64,000 bases of DNA, from contig OX597814.1 in assembly GCA_951406725.2 (NCBI GenBank), forward strand, positions 123,256,001-123,320,000, written 5' to 3'. This document shows, piece after piece, positions 24,774 through 38,400 of this stretch. The DNA is from Octopus vulgaris. Its lineage: Eukaryota. Within the stretch, counting starts at the first letter, position 1, and each line of letters opens with the position of its first letter. Made by a program: the position numbers and the translations under genes. The notes beneath the pieces were generated by a model. It saw only the letters and a list, made by a program, of their open reading frames with translations, searched no databases and had not been told where the DNA came from.

Positions 24774-25348
24774 GTGTGTATATGTTTGTGTGTCTGTGTT
24801 TGTCCCCCACACACACAACATCGCTTGACAACCGATACTGGCGTGTTTACGTCCCCATAACTTAGCGGTTCGGCAAAAGAGACCGACAGAATAAGTACTA
24901 AGCTTACAAATAATAAGCTCTGGGGTCGATTTGCTCGACTAAAGGTGGTGATCCAGCATGGCCACAGTTACATGACTGAAACAAATAAAAGAGTAAAAGA
25001 GTAAGCCTCGGAGGTAACTCCTTCATCTGGTTCATACATAAGTTCTGTTATCGAGATTGCAACATAATCTAGCGAGAACATTTTTTCACCATTTCCTGAC
25101 GACTTACTCTTCATTAACTGCAGCATTTGTTGCTGTAATAGTAATTGTTATTGTTGTTGCTTCTATTGTTGTTCTTGCAGTTGTAGCTGCTGCTGCTGTT
25201 GTTCTTGCAGTTGCTTTAGTTGCTGATTTTGCAACTTGAGCAAACTGGCCAACAAATTTTCCATAATTTTACCATTTTTTTTTCCATAAAATTCGCACAA
25301 AAAAAAACTTTTGTTGTAATCCTGTTGTTATAACGCCCATTCTGGTAT
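23302..25348 (-). mobile_element. Internally deleted Ty3/Gypsy LTR retrotransposon (gag and integrase C-terminus only)
   Basis: 3' LTR 23302-23504 (TG...CA on minus) preceded by PPT aaaagggagata; partial 5' LTR 25312-25348; gag MENLLASLLKLQ...EDFITYAGRVNRECEKF..DMFKCLIFTQGL..RTRILAKLE; IN tail KVFVRAYKNGKQSWEDGVITKCIGKVLYLV. Confidence 0.8.
24667..25003 (+). mobile_element. SINE family A (5'-truncated) inserted in Gypsy gag
   Basis: Family A core and tail interrupt the gag text. Confidence 0.88.
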
Positions 25349-25351
25349 GTG

Positions 25352-25429
<78 letters not shown>

Positions 25430-25499
25430 TGTGTGTGCGTGTGCGCATAGATATACATAAAGAGACCAAACTGTACGTACGCCGCTATAATTTTATATA

Positions 25500-26109
25500 T
25501 ATAAATACAAAAATGGGACAAGAATGCAAAACATCCAGGCAGACGATACAAAGAAAACAAAGACGGTCATTTGAAGTTTTCTTTCCTCAGTCGAATTCCA
25601 GATTATCTTTGCAATTTCGGCTGGTTATACTCGAGATTTCTCCAATTTGGTCAGCCCCAAGGAAAAATTAAGCTAAGAGCATTAGATTCCTTGGAAGAAA
25701 GCAGTGAATGTATACGAAAACAAGGACGGAAAAAAAACGGAGAAATGTTACACAAATACAAATGCAAATAACAAATAACAACAGGTGTCTTTCGACTAAG
25801 GACAAATTAAATTAAACTGGCGTGTGTGGAAGTAAAGCCTTACGGCAGGGACATAAGATTTGACAGGCACAAGGAGGAATATAGATGTTGCACAGATGGT
25901 AGTCGAACCAAGAAAGAAAGGTCAGGCTTGGCTGAACACCGGTCATGTGGGGAGAGAAGAGAGAGAGGTAGAGGCAGAGGGATAGAAGAATTAAGGAGGG
26001 GTGAGAAAAAATAAAAGGGACAGAGTGAAGTGAAAGAAGAGGGAAAATGAGCATGAAGAGAAGGCCAGGAAATGTGAGAGATGGGAAACGAAAGAACGAA
26101 GAGTGGAAT

Positions 26110-26110
<1 letters not shown>
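25500..26110 (-). mobile_element. Probable retroelement 3' terminal remnant (Penelope-like?)
   Basis: Pyrimidine-rich tract, then a unique tail ending at (TA)n; weak hammerhead-like CTGAGGA-aag aaaa ctt-CAAA at about 25563-25592. Confidence 0.3.
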
Positions 26111-26202
<92 letters not shown>

Positions 26203-26523
26203 ACACACACACACACATAAATCATAAATATTAAAAATTATTACCAGTTCAGATGATATCTGAATTTTCACAAATAATCTTTTCTTGCCATTTGATATCT
26301 TCAGCTTTATAATATAATTGCATCAATAAGACTTTGTTTTTTTGTGTGTGCTTTTTTTTCAAAGCCAAAACGAATCCATTTTAATCTTTAAAAAAAATGG
26401 AAAGAAGAAAAAAATTCAATTCCAGCTTCAGACAAAATTGAAGATTGTTCCATTATATATTCATATCTGTTCAGTAAATATATTCATGTTTTTAAAAATA
26501 TGTCTGTATAACTATTTCTTTCA

Positions 26524-26648
<125 letters not shown>

Positions 26649-26729
26649 TATATCTATATATGCGACCTATCCCATGGAAAACAGACGTTAAATGATGATA
26701 ATGATGATGGTGGGGGAATAATCATCATC

Positions 26730-26813
26730 ATGGTGTTGGTAGTGGTGGTGGTGGTGGTGGTGGTGGTGGTGTTGTTGTTGGTGGTGGTGGTGGTGGTGGT
26801 GGTGTTGTTGTTG

Positions 26814-26845
<32 letters not shown>

Positions 26846-26861
26846 GGTATTGGTGTTGTTG

Positions 26862-26893
<32 letters not shown>

Positions 26894-26971
26894 GGTGGTG
26901 GTGGTGTTGTTTGTGTTGGTGGTGATGGTGGTGGTGGTGTTGCTGTTGTTGGTGGTGGTGGTGGCGGCGGT
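26730..26971. repeat. Compound trinucleotide repeat (GGT)n/(TGT)n
   Basis: Direct reading; source of the poly-H/Q, poly-P/T and poly-V/L ORFs. Confidence 0.95.
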
Positions 26972-27222
26972 GTAACATTATTTGTTTTAATATCAAGTTC
27001 TATATAAATAGAATTTGACATTCAACTGGGGGATTGCTGAATACTATTTAGTAGAATACAGATTTATTAAACTTTTACATGTAAAAAGTTGACAGTGACT
27101 TCGAAATTCTGGCTTACGCATCTTAGTCAGACTGTCTATGTGTGTGTGCACCTATGAGTGCCTGCGTGCGTGCGTGTGTACGTGTGTGTATATACACATA
27201 CACACACGCGCGCACACACACA

Positions 27223-27670
27223 TCTCTTATTATAAAAGGCAGATTTTATCTGCCTCCCTTTGGGAGTTATACAAATCTACAATATAGGATTTCTTCAATT
27301 ACAATTTACCTAGCAGTTTTAAGAGTACAATGCATCGCGTCATGCCAGGTCCAGTTTTTAAAATTTAAACTCCAATTAAGCAAAATTTACAGAAAACTCA
27401 CATTCTGGTGTGTGTGTCAAATGCTTTTCTTAGTCTGGTTTACACCACACGCAAACGCACACACACAGTGGGCAACGAATAAAGTGAAACTAGATGTAAT
27501 ATTTGTTTCTCTCTATCACGCTGATAGATACATGAGTAAAATGTATGGGAAGCTAACACATAAGTGTGAGTGAAAATGTTCTTGGAAGAGAGTAAATAGC
27601 CAGAGATAGTGATTTGAGGAAGACTTGACTTTACATTAAATAACCGTAGTGGCTTGTGTTAGTAATAAAG
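27223..27670 (+). mobile_element. Possible Helitron 5' fragment
   Basis: A|TCTCTTATTATAAAAG start resembles the Helitron starts at 28550 and 45540; no 3' hairpin or CTAG found. Confidence 0.3.
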
Positions 27671-27685
27671 TAAACATACACTCAT

Positions 27686-27722
<37 letters not shown>

Positions 27723-27785
27723 TACATACATACACACACACATACATACATACACACATACATACATACATATATATACATACAT

Positions 27786-27820
<35 letters not shown>

Positions 27821-28058
27821 TACACACACACACACAGTATTGAAGCTTGAGAACAATCAGATACATTTGCAACACATCTGTTGAAAATATTATTGTTCAC
27901 ACACATACATATACATATATACATACAGACAGACAGACAGATAGACACACACACACACACACACATGATCCAGCATGGCCACAACCTCAAGGCTGAAACA
28001 TATAAAAGAATAACAGAATATAAATGTGTGCATGTGTGTGAGAGAGAGAGTGTGTGTG

Positions 28059-28090
<32 letters not shown>

Positions 28091-28094
28091 TATA

Positions 28095-28525
28095 TATAAT
28101 AATGCGGTTTTTTCAACAGCTTGAACTAAAAGTCAGAGGGGAATGGGATAAACTACTTATATTAACTTGCTATAAAAGCAGGTAGTAATTTTATCTTGTC
28201 CTTATTCATAGTGCAAGTTTTGAAGAGTGCATTTCGATTTTAACAGCTATTTTTTTCAAAGCTATATTGGAACAGCCTAGAAGACGAGCCTCATCCTGAA
28301 AGATCTGTAGAACTCGACAAGGACATCCTGAAAACCCTGGTGGAACAAAATCTCATCGTAACTGTTGAGGAACTAGCAGAGAAGCTTGGATTTGGTCATT
28401 CAACCATTCATTGACACCTGTGTGCTATCGGAAAAGTCAGCAAATTGGGTCAATGGGTTCCTCACGAACTTTCCGAGTCTAATTGCATGCAGAGAGTGAA
28501 TGTATGCTTTTCTTTGCTGTCACAT
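28095..28525 (+). mobile_element. mariner (DD34D-type) transposase N-terminal fragment
   Basis: Translates SLEDEP..RSVELDKDILKTLVEQN..VTVEELAEKLGFGHSTIH*HL.AIGKVSKLGQWVPHELS; WVPHEL is the mariner signature. Confidence 0.85.
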
Positions 28526-28549
28526 CTCACCACTACTGCGCTATGTATA

Positions 28550-29185
28550 TCTATATATATAAAACTGTAGTTGTGTGAGTGTCTGTCCCCTTCGATTTAG
28601 ATTCCTAACTACTCCCACATTTTGCGGTGCAGTTTAACCAAATTCGGGTAGCTTATAGTCGTGATTCATATCGAGCCCGTCTGAGTATTAGCGCGCGTCT
28701 ACGATGAGTCTACGATTTTAAAAATAATTTAACATCATTTTTTATTCCATTTTAATGCATAATTTTTCGTGTGTCGATGGCGGCGGAGTTGGCGTCCACG
28801 CTCACACCTGCACCTGTGGGGAAGGGAGTGTAAGGAAATCAACGTCGTAATGCGTTGTCAAGGAGACCAGCGTTCTTTTAGAACAACGACTTCATGGCTT
28901 GAAGACACCAAAACAGAAATGGCTAAGAAAGCGTCTACATGAGTCTACGATTAAAAAAAAATTTACCATCGTTTTTTTTCCATGTTAATGCATTTTTTCG
29001 CTATTATATAAGGGAAGTAACTCTCTAAAAATGTCTACGATGAGTCAACGATTTTTCAAAAAATTTACCATCATATTTTTTCCATTTTTAATGCATTTTT
29101 TGCTATTTTTTGGCTATAACTCTCTAAAAATGCTTATATAGTTATTTCCCTTACAAACCCGAGCAACGCCGGGCGATACTGCTAG
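28550..29185 (+). mobile_element. Non-autonomous Helitron
   Basis: A|TCTATATATATAAAA start; subterminal hairpin cccg agcaacgc cggg; ends CTAG|T; three internal repeats gagtctacgatt...tttaccatcatt..ccatttttaatgca. Confidence 0.85.
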
Positions 29186-29623
29186 TATATATATATATAT
29201 ATATGTATATATAAGTGCGTGTACTTTTGTTTGTATGTTTGTATGATAACATACGAAAGATAATGCTGGGAGTATTATCAGGTAATGCCACGTGAGTACA
29301 AGGAATACAGATTTATTTTATTCAAATTTCTCGTTCCCTATCGTTGGGATCAAATGGCAGAAGAAAATCTACCAGACTGGCATAATTAGCAGGGCAACGA
29401 GCCACATCCTGCACAAATGATTATTTTGTTGGCTTGCATATATCCGTTACTTGAATGAAAAGACCTGCTTAACGCTGGACTGACATCTGGCTCGAGAAGC
29501 AAAGGTCGTCCGCTCTTGAACTACAGGATGTGTAGAAGTGCCACATGAAAGCGGTCAACACTTATCTTGGCACCTGAGAAGCAATCTTAGCTGTCAGCTA
29601 GTAAATATTCCTAACGTCTAAGA

Positions 29624-29772
29624 CAGTGGTTCCCAACCTCTTTTATGGCCTGCACCCTAAAAATTTTTAATATGTTCTCGCATCCCTTAAAGTAATAATT
29701 TATATAACAATAAATCCGGCCCTGCTCGCATCCACTGGAATGGTATCTCGTACTCCTGGCTGGGAAACCCTG
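29624..29772. mobile_element. hAT (Charlie-like) MITE, 149 bp
   Basis: TIR cagtggttcccaacc / ggctgggaaaccctg; perfect 8-bp TSD GTCTAAGA at 29616-29623 and 29773-29780. Confidence 0.88.
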
Positions 29773-29904
29773 GTCTAAGAAGGAAATTTCACAATGCCAC
29801 CCCCACTGCTACCAATCAACTGGTCTTATTCACACCCTGTATTTTCTGTTAATTCATGGTTAATACCTATATATATCATAATCCTTTCTACTGTAGGTGC
29901 CTAA

Positions 29905-30259
29905 AACTTTGGGAGAGGAGGTAAGTCGATCACATCTACCTCAGTACTTGATTGGTACTTAATTTATCGACCCCGAAAGGATTAAGACAAAGTCGACCTC
30001 GGCGGAATTTGAACTCACAACGTAATGGCAGACGAAATACCTATTTCTTTACTACCCACAAGGGGCTAAACACAGAGGGGACGAACAAGGACAGACAAAC
30101 GGACTAAGTTGATTATATCGACCCTAGTGCGTAACTGGTACTTAATTCATCGACCCCGAGAGTCGACCTCGGCGGAATTCGAACTCAGAACGTAGCGGCA
30201 GACGAAATACCGTAAAGCATTTCGCCCGGCGTGCTAACGTTTCTGCCAGCTCGCCGCCT
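29905..30259 (-). mobile_element. SINE family B, dimeric
   Basis: Head ggcggcgagctggcagaaacgttagcacgccgggcgaaatgc on minus; duplicated core. Confidence 0.88.
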
Positions 30260-30862
30260 TAACCTATGTATATATCATAACATGTCAGCAAATAGCCAGC
30301 TGATTTTAGCCCTTTGCCTATCTGCCGCCCATCACTCAACCAATCGTCATTTCTCGTCTGTCTACCGTTATTGGAAGTTGTGTGATTTTGTTATGTAGTT
30401 TCTTCGGTTCGAATTCACTTTGATGCCATCAGCAGAAATGTCAACATGCCAGACGATAGTTCGTTTGAAGATCCTTTCTTTTGGGACTTATGAACGCACA
30501 GTAGTTTGCATACTTTGAAACCTAGTCTTTTACAGACCGTATCATGTTTCGTGCCACCCGTATCGCACGTGGTCACTTCGCGCCCTTCCATAAGAAATCA
30601 AGGATTTGACAACAGCTCGACGATTATTGTAACATGTGCGACATTGAAAAAAGAACTTATCAAGCATACTCCTATTTCACCGAAAAGGCACCTCCTTCAA
30701 CTCCTGATAACAGAAGAATTAGGGGGTAAAAAGCTTTTCAGTGAAATAGCTCTTAGTGGTAACATTGAAAAACGAAATTTTTGAATAACGTTTTCTGAAT
30801 CGCCTTCCGTTACGGATTTTACCGAATAGTTTGTCGGGCTCCTAAGTATTTCATTCTGATTA

Positions 30863-32603
30863 CCGTAAATCCTCGAGTATAATCCGCACTTTTTTCCCAA
30901 AATTTAATGTTCAAAATCCTTAGTGCGTACTATATACGAGATTAAAAATGAAAAATATTTTCTAAACAATGTCCGAGTCTCTATTGTCTCTATTGTCCGG
31001 CAATGTTTATTCAGACGCATTTTGTGAAATACCTTAACTAAGCCTGAAAGCAATGAAGTCATAAACGAATCATCCATAACTTGCAGTAAGCAACATTTAT
31101 TAAAATAAAAGTATAAAAATAGAAACACATGTGGTCGCATCGTATAGGAGATACGGTCGCACGTGGTCATATTCTTAATGATTATATATATATACTGACC
31201 ATGTATACTGTATACTGACCAGATAATACATGCAGCGGCAATAGAACACAAGTGGAATGACAACAAGATTTCTTTTTGAGATATGTACATTATTTATTTT
31301 ACATATTTTACAATCATGCTTGATGTTGGAAGTTTGTGAGTGTTAGCATGTTTTTGTGTCTGTGTGTTCGTGAGGCATAAAAGGTACTGACCAGAGAAAT
31401 AACAATGGAATTTGGTTCACAGTTCATGTTGTTGGTATCAGCCTAGCAACAGGTAGTAGCAGATGGCTTAAGGTAGTTCTTAGAAGAACTAGAACTCAAG
31501 ACAGATAATTGATTTACCGTTTATGAGGTACACGGAGGGTAAGAGTTCCATATCAAGATGTTGCGTCTCGTAGTTGAGATTAATTGAGTCACTCGTTGTG
31601 TTTATCCTTCTCTTGATATGAATATACTTCCAGATATATTAACTGTAGCCGTTTTTCCCGTGGTGATATTTTCACCTAACCGCTATAGTTGGATCTGTAG
31701 TTGTCTTGTGTACAAATTAAACCTTAGTAGATAGAGACGATGTTTGGCGATGAGTTGTGTCTGTCGCTTGGTTTTTGCTGCGTCTTCATTATATATTCTG
31801 CTTGGTTATTTTTCTCTAGTTATAGATATCCTGTAACCGTTCTTTTCGTGGTGATATTTTCACACTAACAGTATGAGAGGAATCTGTAACATCTTGTATT
31901 AATGGTGGTCGCCTGCCTTTCGAACTGGCACATGGTCGAGTATGCTCTGTGTGGTCAGAGGTCCGTTCTGAGAAGAACTAGAACCTAAGACGAGCTCTGT
32001 GGTCAGAGGTTAGTCCTGAAAAGAACTAAAAACCTAAGACGAACTCTGTGGTCAGAGGTTTAGCTCTTAAAAGAACTAAAAACCTAAGACGGATATTTGT
32101 CTGAGAACACTTCTTTTATAAGGTTTATGTGACTCAAAACTAACTTCAGAAATGGAAAGCTGTGATTGGCTGCTTGGAACAATGGCGCGAAAATAAGCGG
32201 AGGCAAAATCGCGTCACGTGACAACCAGCGGTGCGAACGTAGTAGAGACCACGTGTCAGCCAATCGAATTAGTGTTTACAACAATGTTAAACTAGCCGAA
32301 GATGTTTGTAATCTCGAACGAGATTATTCTTAATACTCTTCTCAAACAGTGAAGATAGCAATGAGTGTAACGATATCGCTACAAAAGTATTCAGAACACA
32401 GAATAACATGTAACAAAATCAATTTGCAAGCATATTTACATTCCCATTATTGTATTACGCATGCGCGGAAGTGTTTGTGCTGCTGGCTTAAGTTAGTGAA
32501 GTGGTGCATATTATACATAAGGTTTAGGTTTTTCAGAGGTACAGCCCCCTAAAAATCCCCTGCGTATTATACTCAAGGGTGGACTATACTCGAGGATTTA
32601 CGG
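30863..32603. mobile_element. Tc1/mariner-superfamily (pogo/Tigger-like) non-autonomous element containing a nested LTR-like insert
   Basis: TA-ccgtaaatcctcgagtata.tcc.c ... gtggactatactcgaggatttacgg-TA terminal inverted repeats. Confidence 0.8.
31370..32410 (-). mobile_element. Solo-LTR-like segment with promoter motifs and three about 50-bp tandem repeats
   Basis: Repeats tgtggtcagagg...agaact..aacctaagacg at 31948-32091; minus-strand TATAAAAG at about 32113-32120; CCAAT boxes, E2F-like tggcgcgaaa, GTCACGTGAC; no TSD confirmed. Confidence 0.4.
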
Positions 32604-33759
32604 TAAAATATTTGAACACTACAACATTTCACGTTTCTCCATCATTTCAGCTGGTTCCTCTGACCCTAACCTTATTGCAGGTGAAAATACATCATCCCGG
32701 ACTAATTTGGCTTCATCACAGTCTAATATCAAGGTTCTGATTTCCTCGCCAGTGACTGAGACAAGGTCAGAACTCCAGCTCGTTATATGCAAGCGCTCTA
32801 CTAAAAGATATTTTGCATTCTCTATTTCACATGTACAACTGCAAACTATCTCTCCGATAATCAGCCTTTCTGATTTACTGGTTTTAGCTTTACGCCCTTA
32901 GTCTTCCATACATTTTCCTGTCTCTATAGCGAGCACACACACACAATCAAATGTACACACGCATAAATTTATTGGTAGTTATTAGTAGTCGATCAGCTTT
33001 GTTCAGCTCTCCATGCTAAAATATTGTTGATCATGTGGCCCTTTTTACATTAAATAGTTTCTAGTCTCGTGATTTTTTTTCTGAACATCGAAGGAAATAC
33101 CTTAAGCTGCAACTGATTTATTGAAATTGCATCGAAGCGTTGAACTGGCCAATCACATCGGCTTCTCATCAACTGACTTCTGAGGCCTCTAGGCTATTAT
33201 AACTTCTTAGAACCAAAGATTGATCGCAGATTCGCTGTGACAGCAGCTTACAGAACAGATGCACATGTTGAATCTTGCACAAATCTTAACACAAATGCCA
33301 ATAATTATAGTATTCCACTTTGCACATAAATTCTCACTAATATAATCAACAATCGCATGAATTTCCTACTAAATTCCGTTGCGCATTATAGACTGTGCTT
33401 TTCGTCCCACTCAGAATACATACACTGTCACAAATAACCAATACAAGATTTACTTTTCGAACTCACGAACTTTACTGAAGGAGTGAACGGTGAGCAATTT
33501 TTTTCTGGCTCCTCTAAAGAATAATATTGAACAGATATTCCTCAAAATATGTGTTTCTACTAAAGGCACAAGCCCGGAAATTTGGGAGAGTGGTTTCGTC
33601 GATTACACCGATCCCAGTGTTCAACTGGTACTTATTTTATCGACCCCATATTCTCAGCGCAAGTTTGTCTTATGAAGATTGTTTTGTATTGAGGATTGTT
33701 TTGTGTTGTTGTTGTTGTTGTTGTTGTTGTTAAGCAACAAGACGGGTAAGGGTGATTAG

Positions 33760-34540
33760 GTGATGGTCTGGGGCTTAGGGGCGGGAGACCCCAGACCTTG
33801 GAAAAAAAAACTTTGGTCGTCTTGTTGTGGTCGAAGGCTCTTCGTTGACGCCCGACACCTCTGGGAGGTGGCCCTCGAAGTCGCTGGAAGTGGAGATCTC
33901 CAGGTCCAAATTCTTGAACGGCTGAGGAGTGTGTTGTGCTGCTTTGCAGCAGTTTTTGTGTGTGGCGCCATCTTTATTTGGTGGTCTGTGACAGATGAGC
34001 GAAATGACGAGCTATGCGACAGCAACGGAAAGTCAGGGTTCTGTCGTCCCGGGTATGCTGAAACAGAATGAACTGCATTGTAATTTAGACCTACTCTGGA
34101 AATATCAATATATGGTAAAGAGGGAGAGGTCGAACACAAAGTTAACCCCACCACATGAAGACAAGGTGAAGATGGAAAGTAGAGTGATAATTTATAGAAC
34201 TTTTTCGACAAAAACTAAGAAACTCGAGAATGCAATGCAGGAGGAGGTGGACGAATGTCTGAAAAAATTAAAGGAAAGCATAACGTTTTATACCAGAGGG
34301 AAAAAATACGCTTCAGTGGCAGTTACCTTTGTCTAAGAAGAGGAGACAAAAAGACACTCCACTAAGGTCTACATGGAGAAAAATGGACACTCCTGCTCAC
34401 TTACCTGGGTAAACGAGTTACCAGAATTAGGGTGATCAGGATCCCACCTAGAATCGATCCAGAATGGATAATAGCGGCAATTTTCACCGCAAGAAAGAAA
34501 GGAGACAACGAGGAGGTGAAAATAATAATGATAAACCGGA
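33760..34540 (+). mobile_element. Possible LINE 5' UTR and decayed ORF1
   Basis: GC-rich leader, then MSEMTSYATAT..., RTFSTKTKKLE..., RVIRIPPRIDPEWIIAAI; SYA.A and IPP motifs are common in ORF1 proteins; broken by stops. Confidence 0.35.
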
Positions 34541-34542
34541 CC

Positions 34543-34812
34543 CAACAGTCCCCAGATCTCAATATTATTGAACATGGTGCATTATAGAAAAACATGTAAT
34601 GAGTCGATATCCCCCACCATCATCACTACAAGAACTGGAGACCGTTTTAGCTGAAGAATGGGCAAAAATTCCTTTGGAAACAATTCAAACTTTGTACGAG
34701 TCCATACCCCGTAGAATTCAAGCTGTAATTACTGCCAAAGGTGGTCCTACCCCATATTAAAATAGAATTGTTTGAAATTTTAAGGTGTTTCCATTATTTT
34801 GTCCAACCCCTG
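34543..34812 (+). mobile_element. Tc1 transposase C-terminal fragment with right TIR
   Basis: QQSPDLNIIEH...LQELETVLAEEWAKIPLETIQTLYESIPRRIQAVITAKGGPTPY*; ends ttttgtccaacccctg-TA. Confidence 0.85.
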
Positions 34813-35029
34813 TATGTATATTGTTTTTAACAGCTGGAAGTAGATAAAACTATAAATAATAGCTTTATTATTTATAGCTTTTTCCACCCAATGGTTTTTA
34901 ATCTATTAAAAACCCTTGGGTGGAAAAAAGTTGAAAGCTGCAACGTGCATGTTTAACTATCGAATATCATTGACCAATCTCCTTCACACTTCCCTGTCTT
35001 CTCTCATCTCTACTACACAATCTTTTTAA

Positions 35030-36650
35030 AGCTTTTATTCACCAGTAACTTCTGCGTAGATATTCGACAAGATCTGCCTTTTCTTCTTTAACAATGTCTT
35101 GGTTTCCATAGTAATAGCTAACGTACAACCATTTTTTTTCTCCAACAGTGCCCATATTACTTGAGCTTGACTTGTTTGATGGTTTCTGTTAATAATGGTA
35201 TATTCCCATACAATACATTGTTCCATAAATGTTACCCTCAAAAAACGTTCTTCACTCTCTTTAAAATTTTGACATACGTTCCATTTAATCAGCTTTGAAT
35301 TATTTTCGTAAGTGTCCAGCATTCAGATACAGATATCAATATACTTTCTCCAGCAGCACAAAAAAATCCGTATTTTGAGGCCATTAGATACATTTGGCTC
35401 TGATATTGCGGACATCTTGTTCATTGCTGACCATGCCAATTCAATTCTTATTTCATACTGTTTCTTTGAGCTTGCTTTCTATTCATAATCCTAGACATTT
35501 GAGCACATTTACAAATTTCAAGTTTGCACCCTTTGATGATGTGATGTATTCTTTTCGTTGACTGAAAGCCATGAACTCAATTTTACTGTCATTAGCATAT
35601 AGTCCGATCTGTTTCGAAGCTTCCCCAATTCGTTAAGGTAGTAGCTGACAGCGTTAGAAGCAATAGCTATATCATCTGCATAAGCTGTATCAATAATTAT
35701 ATTTTAAGAATAACGTCTCCGTTTTGAGGAGCTGTTTGGAAACCTGCCTTGAATATTGGTATCAAATTTTGACATAAGGTCAGTAATTCTTAAAAAGCAT
35801 CATACTGTTGTTGATTTTTAACTGCAATAACTGATAAACGCTTTATGCCTCTAAATTGTTTAGTATAACCAATGTTACCAATATCGGTTACGTCTAGATG
35901 TAAAGTTTTGTTACAGACTTCAAGTTATGAATCACAGAGTTTTCCAAACTTTTACTGACATATTGTCAAGACCCGGTGCCTTGCCAAAAGAAAGGTACTC
36001 GATACAATTCTTTGGTTCTTCTTTGATAAAATCATTTGTAACTATAGTAAGGTTTATTTCAAAACATTAATGGCTAGTTGGTTGATTGGTTGGTTGGTTG
36101 GTTGGCTGGTTGGCCGGTCGGTCGGTCAATCGGTCGGTTGGTTGGTCGGTCGGTTGGCTGGTTAGTTGGTCTATGATGTCAGGTAGCTGTCCAAGGTTAG
36201 AAAAGTGTTTCGATTTTTTTCTAATTCTGCTATCTTTAGGGTTGTTTGCATTTAGTTTTCTTCCAGTGACTTTCTTTCTCCCTGTTATTTCATTCACAGT
36301 TGCCCGTGTTAGAAATTATTATTGGTTTTCTGAAACAATTTATATTACATTAATATTTATCCGGAAGACAAGCTTCGAGTTCTTGTTTATAGATTTCATT
36401 TACTTGACATTTCGTATTTTTCCAACGTTGCTTTTTGTTAGCTCACGCGATTTTACTTATTTTACATGTAGTTTTATATACTTCCTTCAATTCTCTCTTC
36501 TTAATTATCTCCTTACTTTCCCATGAGATAAGTTGTTGGTTTTTTCCTTCTACTTCTAGAATATTCCCTTATGCTGCCTTTTCTTGCGTATTTCCGATGT
36601 TATTTTAAATGGAGTTGACATTATTAACGTCATCAAAAATCTGTAACGGT
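35030..36650 (-). mobile_element. Heavily decayed LINE RT remnant
   Basis: Minus strand DTAYADDIAIAS at about 35655-35691; GKAPGLD at about 35966-35986; interrupted by a (TTGG/TCGG)n repeat. Confidence 0.65.
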
Positions 36651-36679
36651 TCGAAGCAATTTTTAATAACAACTTTTAT

Positions 36680-36871
36680 TCTTTATCTTTTACTTGTTTC
36701 AGTCATTAGACTGCGGCCATGCTAGAGCACCGCTTAGAAGAATTTTTGGTTGATTGGATCGACACCAGTGTTTTTTGGTTTTCTTTTTTATATATATATA
36801 GTCTGGTACTTATTCCATTTGTTTCTTTTGCCGAACCGCTAACAGGGACGCAAACACACACACACACGTAC

Positions 36872-36943
<72 letters not shown>

Positions 36944-37155
36944 TCTTTTACTTCTTTCAGTCATTTGACTGTGGCCATGCTGGAGCACCACCTTTAGTCG
37001 AGCAAATCGACCCCAGGACTTATTCCTTGTAAGCCTGCTACTTATTCTATCGGCCTCTTTTGCCAAACCTCTAAGTTACAGGGACGTAAACACACCAGCA
37101 TCGATTGTCAAGCGATGTTGGGGGGACAAACACAGACACACAAACATATACACAC

Positions 37156-37224
<69 letters not shown>

Positions 37225-37386
37225 TACGACGGGTTTCTTTCAGTTTCCGTCTACCAAATCCACTCACAAGGTTTTGGTCGGCCCGAAGCTATAGTAGAAG
37301 ACACTTGCCCAAGGTGCCACGTAGTGGGACTGAACCCAGATCCATTTGTTGGTAAGCAAGCTACTGACCACACAGCCACTCCTGCG
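36680..37386 (-). mobile_element. Two SINE family A copies (3' half and full length)
   Basis: Reverse complement of family A; CpGs largely retained. Confidence 0.88.
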
Positions 37387-38004
37387 CTGCAGTTCATAGC
37401 ATTATTTTCCCTTTTTTTTGTTTGTTGTTGTTGTTGATTCTAATATAATTCACTTGTATTGTAGTGTTATTTGGATATTTTTTCCTTTTCGTATTGTGCA
37501 CTCGAATCAGGACGAGTTAAGACCCATAGAAGCCCTAAGCACTTAAAAGATTTTGATGCCCCCCATATATATATGTAATTTAATATATAAACAATAATAA
37601 ACCATATTTCTTTTTTTTTTTTTTTTCGAAATGAATCAAAACTAACAGCAAGATGGAAGATAATGTTTTTGTATATTTCTACTTTATTTATATTTGAAAA
37701 GTTTTCTCTTACTTTTTTTAATAGCAAAGTCTTTGGTCAAATCCTCAAAACTGATCTTACGTAACACATCTGCTTCTATATTTAGTAGAGATGAGGCACC
37801 CTGAATACTATTTTAGCAAGTTTAAGGTGATTTCTTTTGTATCGTAAACTATTTACCATTTCTGTGGTCTCCTCCCCCCCCCTTCCTTTGATATCCTAAG
37901 CACTTGCTTATTTTGCTTAATGTCAAATAGAGTGCTTAGCTGGAATGTTTTATTGTATAGTATAATATAATCCAATGCTGATTCAAAATGAGGGGTTATT
38001 TGTC

Positions 38005-38400
38005 ATTTCTTATTTCTTTATTGTCCCCAACGGGCTAAACATAGAAGGGACAAACAAGGACAGACAAACGGATTAAGTCGATTACATCGACCCCAGTGCG
38101 TAACTGGTACTTATTTGATCGACTCCGAAAGGATGAAAGGCAAAGTCGACCTCAGCGGAATTCGAACTCAGAACGTAACGGCAGACGAAATACCTATTTC
38201 TTTACAACCCATAAGGGGCTAAACACAGAGGGGACAAACAAGGACAGACAAACGGATTAAGTCGATTACATCGACCCCAGTGCATAATTGGTACTTAATT
38301 TATCGACTCCGAAAGGATGAAAGGCAAAGTCGACCTCAGCAGAATTTGAACTCAGAACGTAACGGCAGACTAAATACCGCTAAGCATTTCGTCCGACGTG
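38005..38400 (-). mobile_element. SINE family B, dimeric
   Basis: Two about 185-bp units containing aaggatgaaaggcaaagtcgacctc. Confidence 0.88.

Noticed and set aside
26688-27021. Poly-His/Gln and poly-Pro/Thr proteins
   Set aside because: Pure trinucleotide microsatellite with no splice or homology support
30280-32900. Decayed transposase on minus, split by the pogo-like element
   Set aside because: Only scattered hints (KRLGFK, GKG); too degenerate to call without an HMM search
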